This document shows positions 1 to 10,155 of a stretch of 64,000 nucleotides of DNA, piece by piece. Numbering within the stretch: position 1 is the stretch's first letter; every line of letters begins with the position of its first letter. The position numbers and the translations under genes were made by a program. The stretch comes from Thermoplasmata archaeon (lineage in GTDB: Archaea > Thermoplasmatota > Thermoplasmata > Lutacidiplasmatales > UBA184). The notes below the pieces were generated by a model. The model did no database searches. It had not been told where the DNA came from and saw only the letters and a list, made by a program, of their open reading frames with translations. The stretch lies in contig DAHVCH010000011.1 of assembly GCA_027314165.1 (NCBI GenBank), forward strand, positions 1,990 through 65,989, written 5' to 3'.

Positions 1-765
1 GATACCATCGCCGACGTTGATCGAAGTGAGGAAGGCCTTGTGCATCTTCTGGGGGCGGACCAGGTCACTCTCCGGGGAAAGCTTTTCGCCCTCCCTCAGC
101 CGCTCCTCGAGATACGCCTTGACGTAGCCGCAGCCTTCCTCGCTCAGGAACGAGAAGTACTTCTGCCCCGTCTTGGAGAGTTCCGCCCTCACGACGACCA
201 TCGCGGGGGATCGGCTGAACTCGACGCGGTCCCGTTTGATCTGGATTTCGGGAAGGTCCTTCAGGCGAAGGCCGTCGTTCCCCGTGTAGTTCCCGATGAC
301 ACCGGGGCGGACCCCGGCGTTGGCCATGAGGATGCAGGAGACTCGGTCCCGGGAATTCGCCGCGAGGAGGATCTGGCGGAGCTCCTCCTGGCTCGGTGTT
401 CGCTCGTCCTTGAGCGTCGGCGCGTCCCAGGCGCCCCGGACCTTCACGGGGAGGTTGACCTTGATCCCGTTGTGGAGCAGCCACGACTTGACCGCCTTGA
501 CGGTGCTGTGGATGGCGGACCCGGCCTTTCCCTCTGCCTGCTCGCGGGCGATGAAATCGAGGAGCATCGTGTGGACCTCCTTCTCCCTCATTGTCGGCAT
601 GTCGAGGATGGGAATCCCCATCCGGTCGGAGACCGCACCGAGCCTTCGGAGGTAGACGTCAGCGGTGACCTGGGAACCCTGAGCGACGTTGGTGTGCCAT
701 CGCTTCAGGTCGGGGTTCTCGAGGAGCGTGCGCCAGGGCTTGTCGCCGAAACGTCTCCGGGGCAT
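1..765 (-). CDS. Tyrosine recombinase/integrase, archaeal type (C-terminus runs off the window)
   Basis: Not in the ORF track; translated by hand from ATG 765: MPRRRFGDKPW...KAVKSWLLHNG...LMANAGVRPGVIG...VVRAELSKTGQKYFSFLSEEG. G-x-R box I and the catalytic Lys region are visible. Lies 44 nt from a tRNA 3' end. Confidence 0.85.
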   Translation of the reverse strand, partial: MPRRRFGDKPWRTLLENPDLKRWHTNVAQGSQVTADVYLRRLGAVSDRMGIPILDMPTMREKEVHTMLLDFIAREQAEGKAGSAIHSTVKAVKSWLLHNGIKVNLPVKVRGAWDAPTLKDERTPSQEELRQILLAANSRDRVSCILMANAGVRPGVIGNYTGNDGLRLKDLPEIQIKRDRVEFSRSPAMVVVRAELSKTGQKYFSFLSEEGCGYVKAYLEERLREGEKLSPESDLVRPQKMHKAFLTSINVGDGI

Positions 766-808
766 CTTGGATGCGTATAGACGGGTCGGACTTAAACCCT
801 TTTGGTAG

Positions 809-881
809 TGGGCCCGGTCGGACTCGAACCGACGACCAACCGGTTATGAGCCGGACGCTCTAGCCACTAAGCTACGGGCCC
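809..881 (-). tRNA. tRNA with CAT anticodon, probably tRNA-Ile2 (agmatidine type) rather than Met
   Basis: GGGCCCG-TA-GCTT...CCGG CT CAT AA CCGG...GTTCGAGTC-CGGGCCC-A cloverleaf. The acceptor stem is unlike the archaeal initiator (AGCGGG). Confidence 0.88.
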
Positions 882-945
882 TGCGAAGCCGGAGGAGGGC
901 CCATCCATTTCAATGCGTGGTACGCTCGCGAACGGGAGCCCCCGC

Positions 946-1401
946 TCAGCGGGACCGGGCCAGGGGCTCCCGAGCCTGCGCCATCCCATCACCGACGGCT
1001 TGACGCTCCTCGGCCCGCGACGTTGGGCGGAAACCCCGGGAAACCGCCAGTTGGACCAGGTCCGCGTGGTCCTTGCCCAGCCCCTCCCACTCGGGGTAGG
1101 CCTCCAGTCGCGCGAGCTTCGGTCTCCCGTCCCGGACGGAGAAGAGGAGGGCATGCACGGCGAAGTGAGGGGTGCCTTCCAGCCGATAGAGCGTCCTCAC
1201 CACGTACAGCGAGGGCTGGGAACGGATGTTCCAGATGGCCCGGGTCCCATCCGTGCGGCTCTCGGCGAGCTTCTCCCCAGTGCACTCGAGCTCATGGAAC
1301 GCCGAGCCGTCGGAGGAGAACGGACCGATCGCGAGGCGGAGGGAGGTCATGGGCGGGGCGCTCGGGGAACTGCGCTTGGGTCGGTCGGAAGGGCTGGTCA
1401 T
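946..1401 (-). CDS. Hypothetical protein downstream of the pst operon
   Basis: ORF with globular-looking composition; ATG 1401 is preceded by an AT-rich promoter-like segment at 1451-1475. Confidence 0.55.
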   Translation of the reverse strand: MTSPSDRPKRSSPSAPPMTSLRLAIGPFSSDGSAFHELECTGEKLAESRTDGTRAIWNIRSQPSLYVVRTLYRLEGTPHFAVHALLFSVRDGRPKLARLEAYPEWEGLGKDHADLVQLAVSRGFRPTSRAEERQAVGDGMAQAREPLARSR

Positions 1402-1453
1402 GAGCTCACCCGTTCTCCCGACCGGAGCGACCAACATCAAGGCCTAGAAGGTA

Positions 1454-1475
1454 GTCTATATAGCCAACTATAGAC
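1454..1475. promoter_or_regulatory. AT-rich inverted repeat GTCTATA-N8-TATAGAC (candidate TATA box/Pho operator)
   Basis: Seen directly; its ACTATAG core also occurs at 7638 and 7888. Confidence 0.5.
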
Positions 1476-1494
1476 GGCGGGAGGCTCCGAGGAG

Positions 1495-2205
1495 CTAGGG
1501 GGCTCGACCCTCCGACTCCTTGACCAGGGTGGGCCCTCGATGGGGGCTCTCCCCGGTGACCATGTAGACCACCCGCTTCCCGATGTTGACGGCGTGGTCG
1601 GCGATCCGCTCCAAGTAGCGGTTGACCAGGAGAAGGTGGGCCCCCACCTCGGGCTCGAGCGATCGCTCCTTCATGCCGAGGACGAGCGCCTGGAAGACCT
1701 CGTCGTGGAGGTCGTCCACCGAGTCGTCGAACCGGGACATGTCCTTGACCGACTCCGCGTCGCGTGTCATGAACGCGCGGATCGCCGTGTCCACCATGTG
1801 GATCGTCAGGTCTCCCATCCGCACGAGCTGGCTCATCTGCGGCGGGCTCCCGCCGTGGAACTTTCGAAGCTCCACCTCCGCCTCGGTGATGTCCCGGGCG
1901 TAGCGCCCGATCCGGTCGAGGTCCGTCGTGATCTCCAGGCAGGTGGTGATCGTCCGAAGGTCGCGTGCGACCGGGGCGTGGAGCGCGATCAGGTCCACGC
2001 AGGTCTTCTCCACGATGATCTGGAGCGCGTAGATCTCCTTGTCGAGGGTGGCGACCTCCTCGGCCTCCGCGACCTCGGCCCGCTGCATCCCGTCCATAGC
2101 CTTTCGGATCGCCAGCTCGGAGAGGTCCGCCAGCGTACGGACGTCTTCGTTCAGACGGTCGAGCCCTTGTCCCAAGGCCTTGCGGCCTCCTTCCACGCCT
2201 CTCAT
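1495..2205 (-). CDS. phoU: Phosphate signalling protein PhoU
   Basis: Two PhoU repeats ([21 protein letters not shown]); directly follows pstB with an ATGA overlap. Confidence 0.95.
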   Translation of the reverse strand: MRGVEGGRKALGQGLDRLNEDVRTLADLSELAIRKAMDGMQRAEVAEAEEVATLDKEIYALQIIVEKTCVDLIALHAPVARDLRTITTCLEITTDLDRIGRYARDITEAEVELRKFHGGSPPQMSQLVRMGDLTIHMVDTAIRAFMTRDAESVKDMSRFDDSVDDLHDEVFQALVLGMKERSLEPEVGAHLLLVNRYLERIADHAVNIGKRVVYMVTGESPHRGPTLVKESEGRAP

Positions 2206-3149
2206 CCGAACCTCCCCGTGATGTAGTTCTCCGTGAGCTTCTCCTTCGGCTGCTCGAAGACCCGCTTCGTCGTGTCGAACTCAACCAGCCGACCTTGGTA
2301 CATGAACGCCGTAAGGTCCGCGACCCGCGCCGCTTGCTGCATGTTGTGCGTGACGATGACGACCGTGTAGTCGCTCTTCAGCTCGAAGATGAGGTCCTCG
2401 ACCCGCTGGGTCGCGGCCGGGTCCAGGCTCGACGTGGGCTCGTCCATGAGCAACACGCGCGGGCTCACGGCGAGGGCGCGGGCGATGCACAGACGCTGCT
2501 GCTGTCCGCCAGAAAGCGTGAGGGCAGGTCGGTCGAGCGCGTCCTTCACCTCGTCCCAGAGCCCCGTCCGTCGGAGGGAGGAGACCACCGCCTTCTCGAC
2601 GGTGTCCTCCGACTCGCCGTCCAGCCTCAGCCCGAACGCCACGTTCTCGAAGACCGAGGTGGGGAAGACCGTCGGGCGCTGGAAGACCATCCCGATCTTT
2701 CGGCGGACGAGCACGGGATTGACCTGGGCTCCGTAGATGTCCTGCCCCAGGTAGCGGACCGTCCCCTTGACCTGCAGGTGGTGAAGCTCCACCATCCGGT
2801 TCATGGACCGAAGGAGCGTCGTCTTCCCGCAACCCGACGGCCCGATGATCGCGGTGACCTTGCCGACGGGGATGTGCAGGTTCACGTCGCTGATGAGCGG
2901 CTTGTTCCGGGCCAGGACCGATAGCCGATCGATGGCGAGGATGATCTCCCCGCGATCCTCGGAGGCTGCGGCGATGGGGGAAGTGGCTGCCCGAGGGAGG
3001 CTGGCCGAGAGGGGGGTCCCGCAGCGCACGCACTTGAGCGGGGCCTCCCCCCCGACGGCCGCGACGGGAGCCCCACACTTCGGGCACACGCGCGAGGGCG
3101 ATCCGGCGCTGGACCCACGGGACACGAGGTTGTCGTTCCTTTCGTTCAT
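2202..3149 (-). CDS. pstB: Phosphate ABC transporter ATPase PstB with an N-terminal Zn-ribbon extension
   Basis: [32 protein letters not shown] and C-terminal YITGRFG. Start set at ATG 3149 (ATGA overlap with the pstA stop). Confidence 0.95.
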   Translation of the reverse strand: MNERNDNLVSRGSSAGSPSRVCPKCGAPVAAVGGEAPLKCVRCGTPLSASLPRAATSPIAAASEDRGEIILAIDRLSVLARNKPLISDVNLHIPVGKVTAIIGPSGCGKTTLLRSMNRMVELHHLQVKGTVRYLGQDIYGAQVNPVLVRRKIGMVFQRPTVFPTSVFENVAFGLRLDGESEDTVEKAVVSSLRRTGLWDEVKDALDRPALTLSGGQQQRLCIARALAVSPRVLLMDEPTSSLDPAATQRVEDLIFELKSDYTVVIVTHNMQQAARVADLTAFMYQGRLVEFDTTKRVFEQPKEKLTENYITGRFG

Positions 3150-4045
3150 TCGTAGAGCCCTGCCAGACGGCGCCGGTATCGGTCGGAGAGCAACTGGACC
3201 ACGATATTGATGGCGAGCACGATCACGATGAGCAGGAACGCGGCCTGGAAGGCCAGCGCGAGGAAGGACCCGAAGGAGCGCGGGAAGTCGTAGAACGCCC
3301 AGATGCCTCCGGTCAGGAAGGAGGTCGGCTGCATCAGGCTCTGGACCGGGGTCGAGCTCCACCCCGCGGTGTAGACGAGCGGCGCGGCCTCTCCAAGTCC
3401 GAGGGCCATGGCGAAGAACATCCCGGTGAAGATGGCCGGGAACGCGATCGGGAAGGCGACCCGTCGAAGGTACTGGAGGCGGCTGGACCCCAGCGCTAGG
3501 GAGGCCTCCCGTTGGCTCGGAGGAACGTTCGACAGCGCGATGTCGGTGGTTCGGAAGATGTACGGGAGCATGAACACGCCAAGGATGATCCCGCCGGCGA
3601 GCGTCGTGAACCCCCAGTGGGTATACAGGACTAGGGCGTAGTACCCGAAGTATCCCAGGACGATCGCGGGGACGCCCGCGAGCACGTTGCCGGCCAGCCG
3701 GGCGATCCGCTTGACGGCCGGTGGGGCGAACTCCGCGGTGTAGAAGCCCGCCGAGACCCCGAGGGCGCCGGCGATGCCCGTGCCCAAGGTGATGAGGACG
3801 AGCGTCCCCCAGATCATGGCGTAGAGGCCTCCGCCCGTGCCCACCTGGTTCTCGGTGAGCGTGGCCCACGACATGGTGGGGAGGGCGTAGCTCGCGACCC
3901 ACCCGATGAGGTCGAAGAGGGGGAAGAACACGGCCGCGAAGGCGAGCAGGAGCACCCAGCCGATGACCCGGTCGAAGAGGATCCGTCGCCGCATGCGTCC
4001 GGAGGTGTGGGTGAGCTCGTCCCCCAGCCCCGTCGCCACCTTCAT
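3146..4045 (-). CDS. pstA: Phosphate ABC permease PstA
   Basis: [17 protein letters not shown] and GEAAPL motifs; operon position. Confidence 0.93.
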   Translation of the reverse strand: MKVATGLGDELTHTSGRMRRRILFDRVIGWVLLLAFAAVFFPLFDLIGWVASYALPTMSWATLTENQVGTGGGLYAMIWGTLVLITLGTGIAGALGVSAGFYTAEFAPPAVKRIARLAGNVLAGVPAIVLGYFGYYALVLYTHWGFTTLAGGIILGVFMLPYIFRTTDIALSNVPPSQREASLALGSSRLQYLRRVAFPIAFPAIFTGMFFAMALGLGEAAPLVYTAGWSSTPVQSLMQPTSFLTGGIWAFYDFPRSFGSFLALAFQAAFLLIVIVLAINIVVQLLSDRYRRRLAGLYE

Positions 4046-5100
4046 TCTCCACCCCCCAGCGTCGTCGCGGTCGCGAGCTCGACCCGCGTGAAGCGCTGCG
4101 CCACGAGGTTCACCACCACCGCGACCACAAGGAGGACGAGAGAGAACTCGACGAGCAGGACGAAGAGGTTCGGATAGATGAGGGCGCTATCCAACTGGGA
4201 GAAGATGAAAGAGGCGACCGTCGTGGTCGAGGCGTACAAGTTCGGCGGTAGCGCGATCGAGGTGCCCCCGATCACCATGGCCACCGCGACGCTCTCGCCG
4301 AGAGCGCGACCGAAGCCGAGGAGGACGGCGCTCCACAGGCCGTTGCGCGCGACCGGAAGACGGACCCGACGGACCACCTCCCATCGCGTCGCCCCGACGG
4401 CCAACCCCGCCTCGACAAGGTCTCTCGGAACGCTTCGCAGCGCCTCGCGCATGAGCGCCGTCGTGAGCGGGATGATCATGATGGTCAGAACGAGGACCGC
4501 GAGCAGGGTTCCCCAAGGCCCGATGTCCGATGACGGGCCCCCAAAGCCAGGAAGCCATCCCAGGACGTCCCGGAGCGAGGGCTCCAGCGTGAGCCCGAAG
4601 TAGGGAGCGAGGACGACGAACCCCCAGATCCCGTAGACCACGCTCGGGATGCCCGCGAGCAGGTTCGTGACCATGGAGAGGAGCCGGCCGGGGAGAGGAG
4701 GAAGATAGACCACGGAGGAGATCGCCAACGCGAGGCTGAGCGCTGTCGCCAGGATCAGCGAGAGGGAGGCGGTGAGGAACGTCCCCACCAGGAAGACGCC
4801 GATCCCCCAGCTGGATGCGTCCGGCTCGCCAGGAACGAACCTGTACTGGAAGCCCCAGAAGGTGAGCCCGAAGTCCTTGAGCCCGCTCGCGATGAGCAGC
4901 ACCGCTACGACCGCCCCGAGGATGAGCAGGGGCATCAGGGCGACCGGGCTCCCGAGCCACGCCCCCAACGTCGAGGACCGCGCTTCGTCGGTGGAGGTAC
5001 GGACTTGGGAGGCCGGGGGGGGCGGGGGTTCCCCCGCCCCCGGGGGAAGTGGTTGGGTTTCGGCCGCGTTCAATCTTGGATTCCGGGTCCTGTGCGCCAC
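4042..5100 (-). CDS. pstC: Phosphate ABC permease PstC
   Basis: [25 protein letters not shown] and [10 protein letters not shown] motifs. Confidence 0.93.
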   Translation of the reverse strand: MAHRTRNPRLNAAETQPLPPGAGEPPPPPASQVRTSTDEARSSTLGAWLGSPVALMPLLILGAVVAVLLIASGLKDFGLTFWGFQYRFVPGEPDASSWGIGVFLVGTFLTASLSLILATALSLALAISSVVYLPPLPGRLLSMVTNLLAGIPSVVYGIWGFVVLAPYFGLTLEPSLRDVLGWLPGFGGPSSDIGPWGTLLAVLVLTIMIIPLTTALMREALRSVPRDLVEAGLAVGATRWEVVRRVRLPVARNGLWSAVLLGFGRALGESVAVAMVIGGTSIALPPNLYASTTTVASFIFSQLDSALIYPNLFVLLVEFSLVLLVVAVVVNLVAQRFTRVELATATTLGGGE

Positions 5101-6351
5101 CTAGTTGCTGATCGGCACCGCGTTGAGGGCCTGCATGTCGTATCCGATGACGGCCGCCGTCAGGGGCAGGAACGACACCTGGGGTGCGTAGGTCCCTCCG
5201 TAGGCCAGCGACCACTCGAGGAAGGTCAGCACGGCCTTCATGTGGGACTGGCTCGCCGGGGAGGAGGAGATCAGCAGATACTCCAGGTTCGTGTCGGGAT
5301 ACGGCGACGGGAAGGCCGAGGTCGCGGACGTGCCCCCCGCTCCGAGGACGAGGTTCGTCGCGCCGGGAACCCCACCGAGGATGAGGCTCACTGCGACGCT
5401 GGGCGGCTGGAGGTTCTGCAGACCGAGGTTCGCGTCCTGGCTGATGGTGTAGGGCGAGGGCAGGATGTAGTTCTGCTGGCCCGCGCCTCCCGAGCTCACG
5501 ACACCGTTCACGTTCGCGTTCTGGTCACCGACCGCCGCATAAGCAAGCCCTGCCGTCGAGTTGACCTGCTTGAGGTAGCTGATGCCGATGTACGCGATCC
5601 CGTACTGGGTGCTGCCGAGCAGTGTGACCATCCCGGAGTTGCCCGTAGCCGAGGGCCCGACCGGCCAGGTGATCGTCGTGCCGTAATTCTGCGCCCAGCC
5701 TCTCCAGGACATGTAGCAGAGCGAGCTGAACATGAACGTGTCCCCGCTGCCGTCCTGCCGGTGGATGGGCACGATGGTGTTGCCGGGGAGCGACACGCCC
5801 GGGTTGGCCGCCTGGATGAGGGGGTCGTTCCACTTCGTGATCGCGCCCTGGTAGATCATCGACAGGATCGTCCCGTTGAGGTTCAGATGGGAGCTGATCC
5901 CCGGGATGTTGTAGACGATGAGCTGCGCAGAGATCGCGATCGGGAAGTTGATGAGGTTGTGCCCGGAGGCCGTGCTGGGGGTCAGGTAGGCATCCGTGCC
6001 ACCCATGTCGACCGTCCCGGCTTCTGCCGAGCTGATCCCCGTGCCGCTACCGGTACTGGCGGGCGAGAGCGCGATGTTCGGGTAGACCGCGCTGAACGCC
6101 GGAGAGAGCACCTGCAGGTACGGGTAGATCAGGGATGACCCGGTCTCCGAGATGGTGGTGGTCGACCCCGAGCTGCTCCCCGAGGAGGGGGAAAGGGCGT
6201 ACTTGGTGACCGCATAGCCCGTTCCAATCCCCACGAGGAGAAGCACAACACCAAGTCCGAGGGCCGCGCCCTTGGACATGGTGGAGCTCTTCCTCCGGAT
6301 GGCTCCTCCGGAGAGGTTGTCGTTCGGTCCTGTCGAATGGCTGTTGGTCAT
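5101..6351 (-). CDS. pstS: Phosphate-binding protein PstS, membrane anchored
   Basis: ETGSSLIYP, TGSGTG, WNDP and HRQDGSGDT motifs; N-terminal TM helix; start ATG 6351. Confidence 0.93.
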   Translation of the reverse strand: MTNSHSTGPNDNLSGGAIRRKSSTMSKGAALGLGVVLLLVGIGTGYAVTKYALSPSSGSSSGSTTTISETGSSLIYPYLQVLSPAFSAVYPNIALSPASTGSGTGISSAEAGTVDMGGTDAYLTPSTASGHNLINFPIAISAQLIVYNIPGISSHLNLNGTILSMIYQGAITKWNDPLIQAANPGVSLPGNTIVPIHRQDGSGDTFMFSSLCYMSWRGWAQNYGTTITWPVGPSATGNSGMVTLLGSTQYGIAYIGISYLKQVNSTAGLAYAAVGDQNANVNGVVSSGGAGQQNYILPSPYTISQDANLGLQNLQPPSVAVSLILGGVPGATNLVLGAGGTSATSAFPSPYPDTNLEYLLISSSPASQSHMKAVLTFLEWSLAYGGTYAPQVSFLPLTAAVIGYDMQALNAVPISN

Positions 6352-7580
6352 ACGTTCTTTCCTCCTTTCTTTGGGATCATGTTGTTCCCTGGGATCGGGC
6401 CGACCGGGCCCTGCGGATGCGGGCCCGCGCTCACGCTGGCCGGGTGGACCGACGGACGGACCACGTCGTGGAGGCCATCGTACCGGGTGTGCACCCAGCC
6501 GATGGCCGCGCGGTCGAGCGAGAGCTCCGCGATGTCCGCCACGTAGGCGGCTGAGCGATCGATGGAGTCCAGGACCTGCGCGATCCACGCGGCGGTGAGC
6601 GGCGGGACCTGCGAGGAGGTCCTTCTCGAAAGCAAGCTCTGGAGCAGCGCGATGTGGCTCTCATGCAGCGACCCCGCGATGTCCGCGATCTCGTTCGCGG
6701 CGCTGGCGTCGGGCCGCTCGACCAGCGGGATGGACCGCGCCAGCAGGTCCGTGACCTGGGCGTGGAACTCGGCCACGGGACGGAAACGGGAGGGATGGAT
6801 GCCGGTCCGGGGAAGGCTCGCGGATGCCCGACCGATACGGACCGCATGGTCCGCGATCCGCTCCAGGGCCCGCGATATCGCGAGAAGGGGCAGGGCTGCG
6901 GACGCGCCACCGGGGACCATGGTCTCCGCGGGGGTGCGCAGGAACTGCGCCGCGAGCGTGCGGTGGACGCGCCACTCCAGGCGGTCGATCTCGTCGTCCT
7001 GCCCCTCCCAGTAGGAATCCTCCTCCACGCTGGTAGCGCGCGACAGGCCTTCTCCCGCGCGCTTCTGCAGGTCGAGCGCGGCCCGGGCCATCCGAACGAC
7101 GACCTGAACGGGATCCGCCGGAGCAGCGTTCGAGATGTCGCGAAGGACCAGGGTCGAGTTCCCCTCGGCGACCACCTCCATGCGCCCGCTGCGACGAGCA
7201 AACTCCCGGACCGTCCTCTGGACGTCCTGGGACATCCCCCGGGGAAAGTCCAGCACCAGGTCCGTGGTCCCTGCGAGGTAAGCCGCGACGAGGCAGCGGA
7301 AGAGGTGCTCGAGGGGCTCCTCGGAGCGACCGGTGACCTGGGCTCCCCAGGTGGTATCGCGTACCCGGACGTCCTCTAGGATGAGACGACCAGGGCCGGC
7401 ATCCCGAAGCCGGAGGCTCCCCCCCAGCTGAAGCCCGTTGCTCCGGACCCAGGATCGCGGGACCGCGACCACGACCTCGCCCTTGCCCGCCCGCCGAAGC
7501 AGACGGATGGACTCCCCGCTCCTCCCCGCGTCCGGGTCGGAGCTTGGTCTCGGCGGGGCCTCCGCCTGCTCGCTCATCAT
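6348..7580 (-). CDS. Archaeal phosphate uptake regulator (AbrB-like N-domain + PhoU domains)
   Basis: N-terminal VVAVPRSWVRSNGL (AbrB/SpoVT-like), [15 protein letters not shown]; heads the pst operon. Confidence 0.85.
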   Translation of the reverse strand: MMSEQAEAPPRPSSDPDAGRSGESIRLLRRAGKGEVVVAVPRSWVRSNGLQLGGSLRLRDAGPGRLILEDVRVRDTTWGAQVTGRSEEPLEHLFRCLVAAYLAGTTDLVLDFPRGMSQDVQRTVREFARRSGRMEVVAEGNSTLVLRDISNAAPADPVQVVVRMARAALDLQKRAGEGLSRATSVEEDSYWEGQDDEIDRLEWRVHRTLAAQFLRTPAETMVPGGASAALPLLAISRALERIADHAVRIGRASASLPRTGIHPSRFRPVAEFHAQVTDLLARSIPLVERPDASAANEIADIAGSLHESHIALLQSLLSRRTSSQVPPLTAAWIAQVLDSIDRSAAYVADIAELSLDRAAIGWVHTRYDGLHDVVRPSVHPASVSAGPHPQGPVGPIPGNNMIPKKGGKNV

Positions 7581-7615
7581 AGGTTCCGACAACGAGCCGC
7601 GAACCTTCTGGCGCG

Positions 7616-7657
7616 CATATATAGATGTAGAAAATAGACTATAGTCTACAACATAGA
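7616..7657. promoter_or_regulatory. Promoter of the pst operon with perfect 14-bp palindrome TAGACTATAGTCTA (7635-7648)
   Basis: AT-rich island in a GC-rich background, 36-77 nt upstream of ATG 7580. Confidence 0.65.
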
Positions 7658-7854
7658 ACCCCAGGTGCCGCTCCGGGGCGGTCTCCCACGCTTTTCACAC
7701 CGATGGCAGGCGTAGATCCCCTCGCTCCCAGAAAAGCCCTGCCGGTCGGCGGGGGTTCCCGACCTCGGCGGCCCCCTCGACATTCCTCGAGAGAGCGACG
7801 GCCCTTTCCCGGACCCCCCTTCCGCGCAGCCCCGGGTCTTCCAAAACCTGGGAG

Positions 7855-7902
7855 ACATATGTATCACACCATATGACAATGAAATTCACTATAGTGTCTA
7901 CA
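7855..7902. promoter_or_regulatory. Regulatory region of the MFS gene: ACATATGT, CATATG and CACTATAGTG palindromes
   Basis: AT-rich island upstream of ATG 7940. Confidence 0.55.
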
Positions 7903-7939
7903 GGTTCCCCTTATCCCCAACACCCTCGCTCCGCGGCCG

Positions 7940-10069
7940 ATGACCGACCGCCCAGGGGTGGAGGTCGCGCCCGTCCCCACGATGCGGACGGCTGCCAAAG
8001 AGCGGCAGAAGATCCTCGCCTCGCTGGACTCCTCCCAGACCCGGGCCTTCCATCTCAGGACCATCGTGGTCGCCGGGATGGGTTTCTTCTCGGACGCCTA
8101 CGACCTCTTCGTCATCTCGATGGCGTTGCCCATCCTGGGATTCCTCTACGGCACTAGCGGGTCCCTCCCGAAGCTCGAGCTCTCCGCCATCGCCGCGTCC
8201 GCCCTGTTCGGAGCGGTGGTCGGACAGGTCTTCTTCGGTATGCTGGCCGACAAGTACGGACGGAAGAAGATCTACTCGCTCACGCTCTCGATCATGGTCG
8301 TCGGAGCGGTGGGGAGCGCGTTCGCCTCCCCGTTCATGGGGCTGGACCTGGTGATGGTCCTCGTCCTCTGGAGGTTCCTGCTCGGGTTCGGCGTGGGGGG
8401 AGACTATCCCCTCTCGGCCACCATCATGAGCGAGTACAGCAACATCCGTAACCGGGGAAGGCTCATCGCGAGCGTGTTCGCGATGCAGGGCTTCGGGCTG
8501 CTCACGGGAGCGGTCGTTTCGCTGGCCGCCATCCTGGTACTGCCGGTCCACGACTTGGACCTGGTCTGGAGGATCGTCCTCGGGTTCGGAGCGGTCCCGG
8601 CCCTGGCGACCATCTACTTCCGGACCAAGATGCCGGAGACCCCGCGGTTCCAACTGGCGGTCCAGGGCGACGTGGAGGCCGCCTCAAAGACCATCACCAC
8701 GCTCACAGGCAAGGCCGCGACGAGCCGGGCCATCGGGACCCCTTCGTCCCGCCACATCAAGGTCCCGCTCGGAACCTTCCTCCGAAACTACGCCCCGGTC
8801 CTCTTCGGCACCGCAGCTTCGTGGTTCCTGCTGGACATCGCGTTCTACTTCTCGAACATCTTCAATCCGACCGTCCTCACCCACATCGGGTTCGCTTCCT
8901 CCGAGCCCACGACGTTCCTCCTTGCGCACCAGGCGGTGCTCACGCTGGCCGAGGGGAACATCCTGATCGCGCTCTTCGCGACCGTGCCGGGATACTGGGC
9001 CGCGGTGGCCCTCATCGACCGCTGGGGCCGCCGAAGCCTCCAGATCATCGGGTTCGGCATCATGGCCTTCTCTTTTGCGATCCTCTCGTTCTTCTACAGC
9101 TTCCTGCTCGGGACCTCCCTCCTCCTGTTCCTCGCCGTCTACGCAACGACCTTCTTCTTCGCGAACTTCGGGCCCAACACCACGACCTTCGTGATCCCGA
9201 GCGAGGTCTATCCTACGCAGTTCCGAGGGACCGGGCACGGCATCTCGGCCGCCTCAGGCAAGATGGGGGCGGCGATCGCGACCTTCTTCCTGCCGCTGTT
9301 CCTGGTCGCGAACGGTCTGCCCCCCACCCTGCTCGTGCTCGCGGGGGTCTGCTTCCTGGGGTTCTTCATCTCCCTCGTCACCACCCCTGAGACCACCGGT
9401 CGTGCCCTCGAGGACGTCTCCCGCGAGGACGAGCTTCACCTCATGGTGGAGCGGTTCTCCGGGCATCTGGAGGGACTGGTCGACGCCGTAAAGCTCGGGG
9501 CGGGAGAGCTCAACGTGCTGCTCGCGAACCCTCCGACCGAGCTTTCCGAACGGGTCCCCCGCATCACGGCGATCGAGCAGCAGGCGGACGAGGCGGTCCA
9601 TCAGATCTACATCGATCTCAACAACAAGGTCATGCGGACCCAGGTGCGCTCGGACGTGGGCGCGCTCGCGAGCCACTTGGACGACATCATGGACGGCATC
9701 GAGGCCGTGGCGGCGCGGATGAAGACCTACCACTTCGTCGACAGCGACCCGGACCTCAAGCGGTTCGGAGAGATCGTGGTGCAGTGCGTCGATGAGGTGG
9801 GGGTAGGCATTCACGCGCTCGACGGGCTTCTGGACGGGAAGACCATCGAGCTCCAGCACTCCATCGAGGAAGTCAACCGTCTCGAGAACGAGGCGGACGA
9901 CCTCCTCCGAGGTCTTCTCGAGCGGCTGTTCAACGACTCGAAGTCGGCCCTGGAGGTCCTGAAGTTGAAGGACCTCTACGAGCGGCTCGAGGTCATCACC
10001 GACCGGTGCGAGGACGTGACGGACGTCTTCCAGGACCTGATGGTCCGGTACGCGGTGCTGGCCCCGTAG
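7940..10069 (+). CDS. Pho84-like phosphate:H+ symporter (MFS) fused to a C-terminal DUF47/PhoU-like domain
   Basis: GMGFFSDAYDLF, GGDYPLSATIMSE, NFGPNTTTF and RGTGHGISAASGK (PHS family); then EQQADE, LDDIMD, ENEADD and LEVITDRCEDV (DUF47). Confidence 0.9.
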   Translation: MTDRPGVEVAPVPTMRTAAKERQKILASLDSSQTRAFHLRTIVVAGMGFFSDAYDLFVISMALPILGFLYGTSGSLPKLELSAIAASALFGAVVGQVFFGMLADKYGRKKIYSLTLSIMVVGAVGSAFASPFMGLDLVMVLVLWRFLLGFGVGGDYPLSATIMSEYSNIRNRGRLIASVFAMQGFGLLTGAVVSLAAILVLPVHDLDLVWRIVLGFGAVPALATIYFRTKMPETPRFQLAVQGDVEAASKTITTLTGKAATSRAIGTPSSRHIKVPLGTFLRNYAPVLFGTAASWFLLDIAFYFSNIFNPTVLTHIGFASSEPTTFLLAHQAVLTLAEGNILIALFATVPGYWAAVALIDRWGRRSLQIIGFGIMAFSFAILSFFYSFLLGTSLLLFLAVYATTFFFANFGPNTTTFVIPSEVYPTQFRGTGHGISAASGKMGAAIATFFLPLFLVANGLPPTLLVLAGVCFLGFFISLVTTPETTGRALEDVSREDELHLMVERFSGHLEGLVDAVKLGAGELNVLLANPPTELSERVPRITAIEQQADEAVHQIYIDLNNKVMRTQVRSDVGALASHLDDIMDGIEAVAARMKTYHFVDSDPDLKRFGEIVVQCVDEVGVGIHALDGLLDGKTIELQHSIEEVNRLENEADDLLRGLLERLFNDSKSALEVLKLKDLYERLEVITDRCEDVTDVFQDLMVRYAVLAP

Positions 10070-10155
10070 ATTGCCGGGGCGGCCCGCGCGACCCTCGTGT
10101 GGACCTCAGGCCCTGAGGTCAGCTCCAGGCTCCCCGTGGGGGGGAGGAGGGAGAG

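Noticed and set aside
40..780. 246-aa plus-strand ORF and many other long overlapping ORFs (e.g. 13930-15759, 36233-38848, 42746-45028)
   Set aside because: Antisense or alternate-frame shadows of real genes caused by high GC3; Arg/Gly/Pro-rich with no motifs.
2202..4052. 616-aa extended PstB from the ORF track
   Set aside because: The upstream half overlaps pstA out of frame; the real start is ATG 3149.
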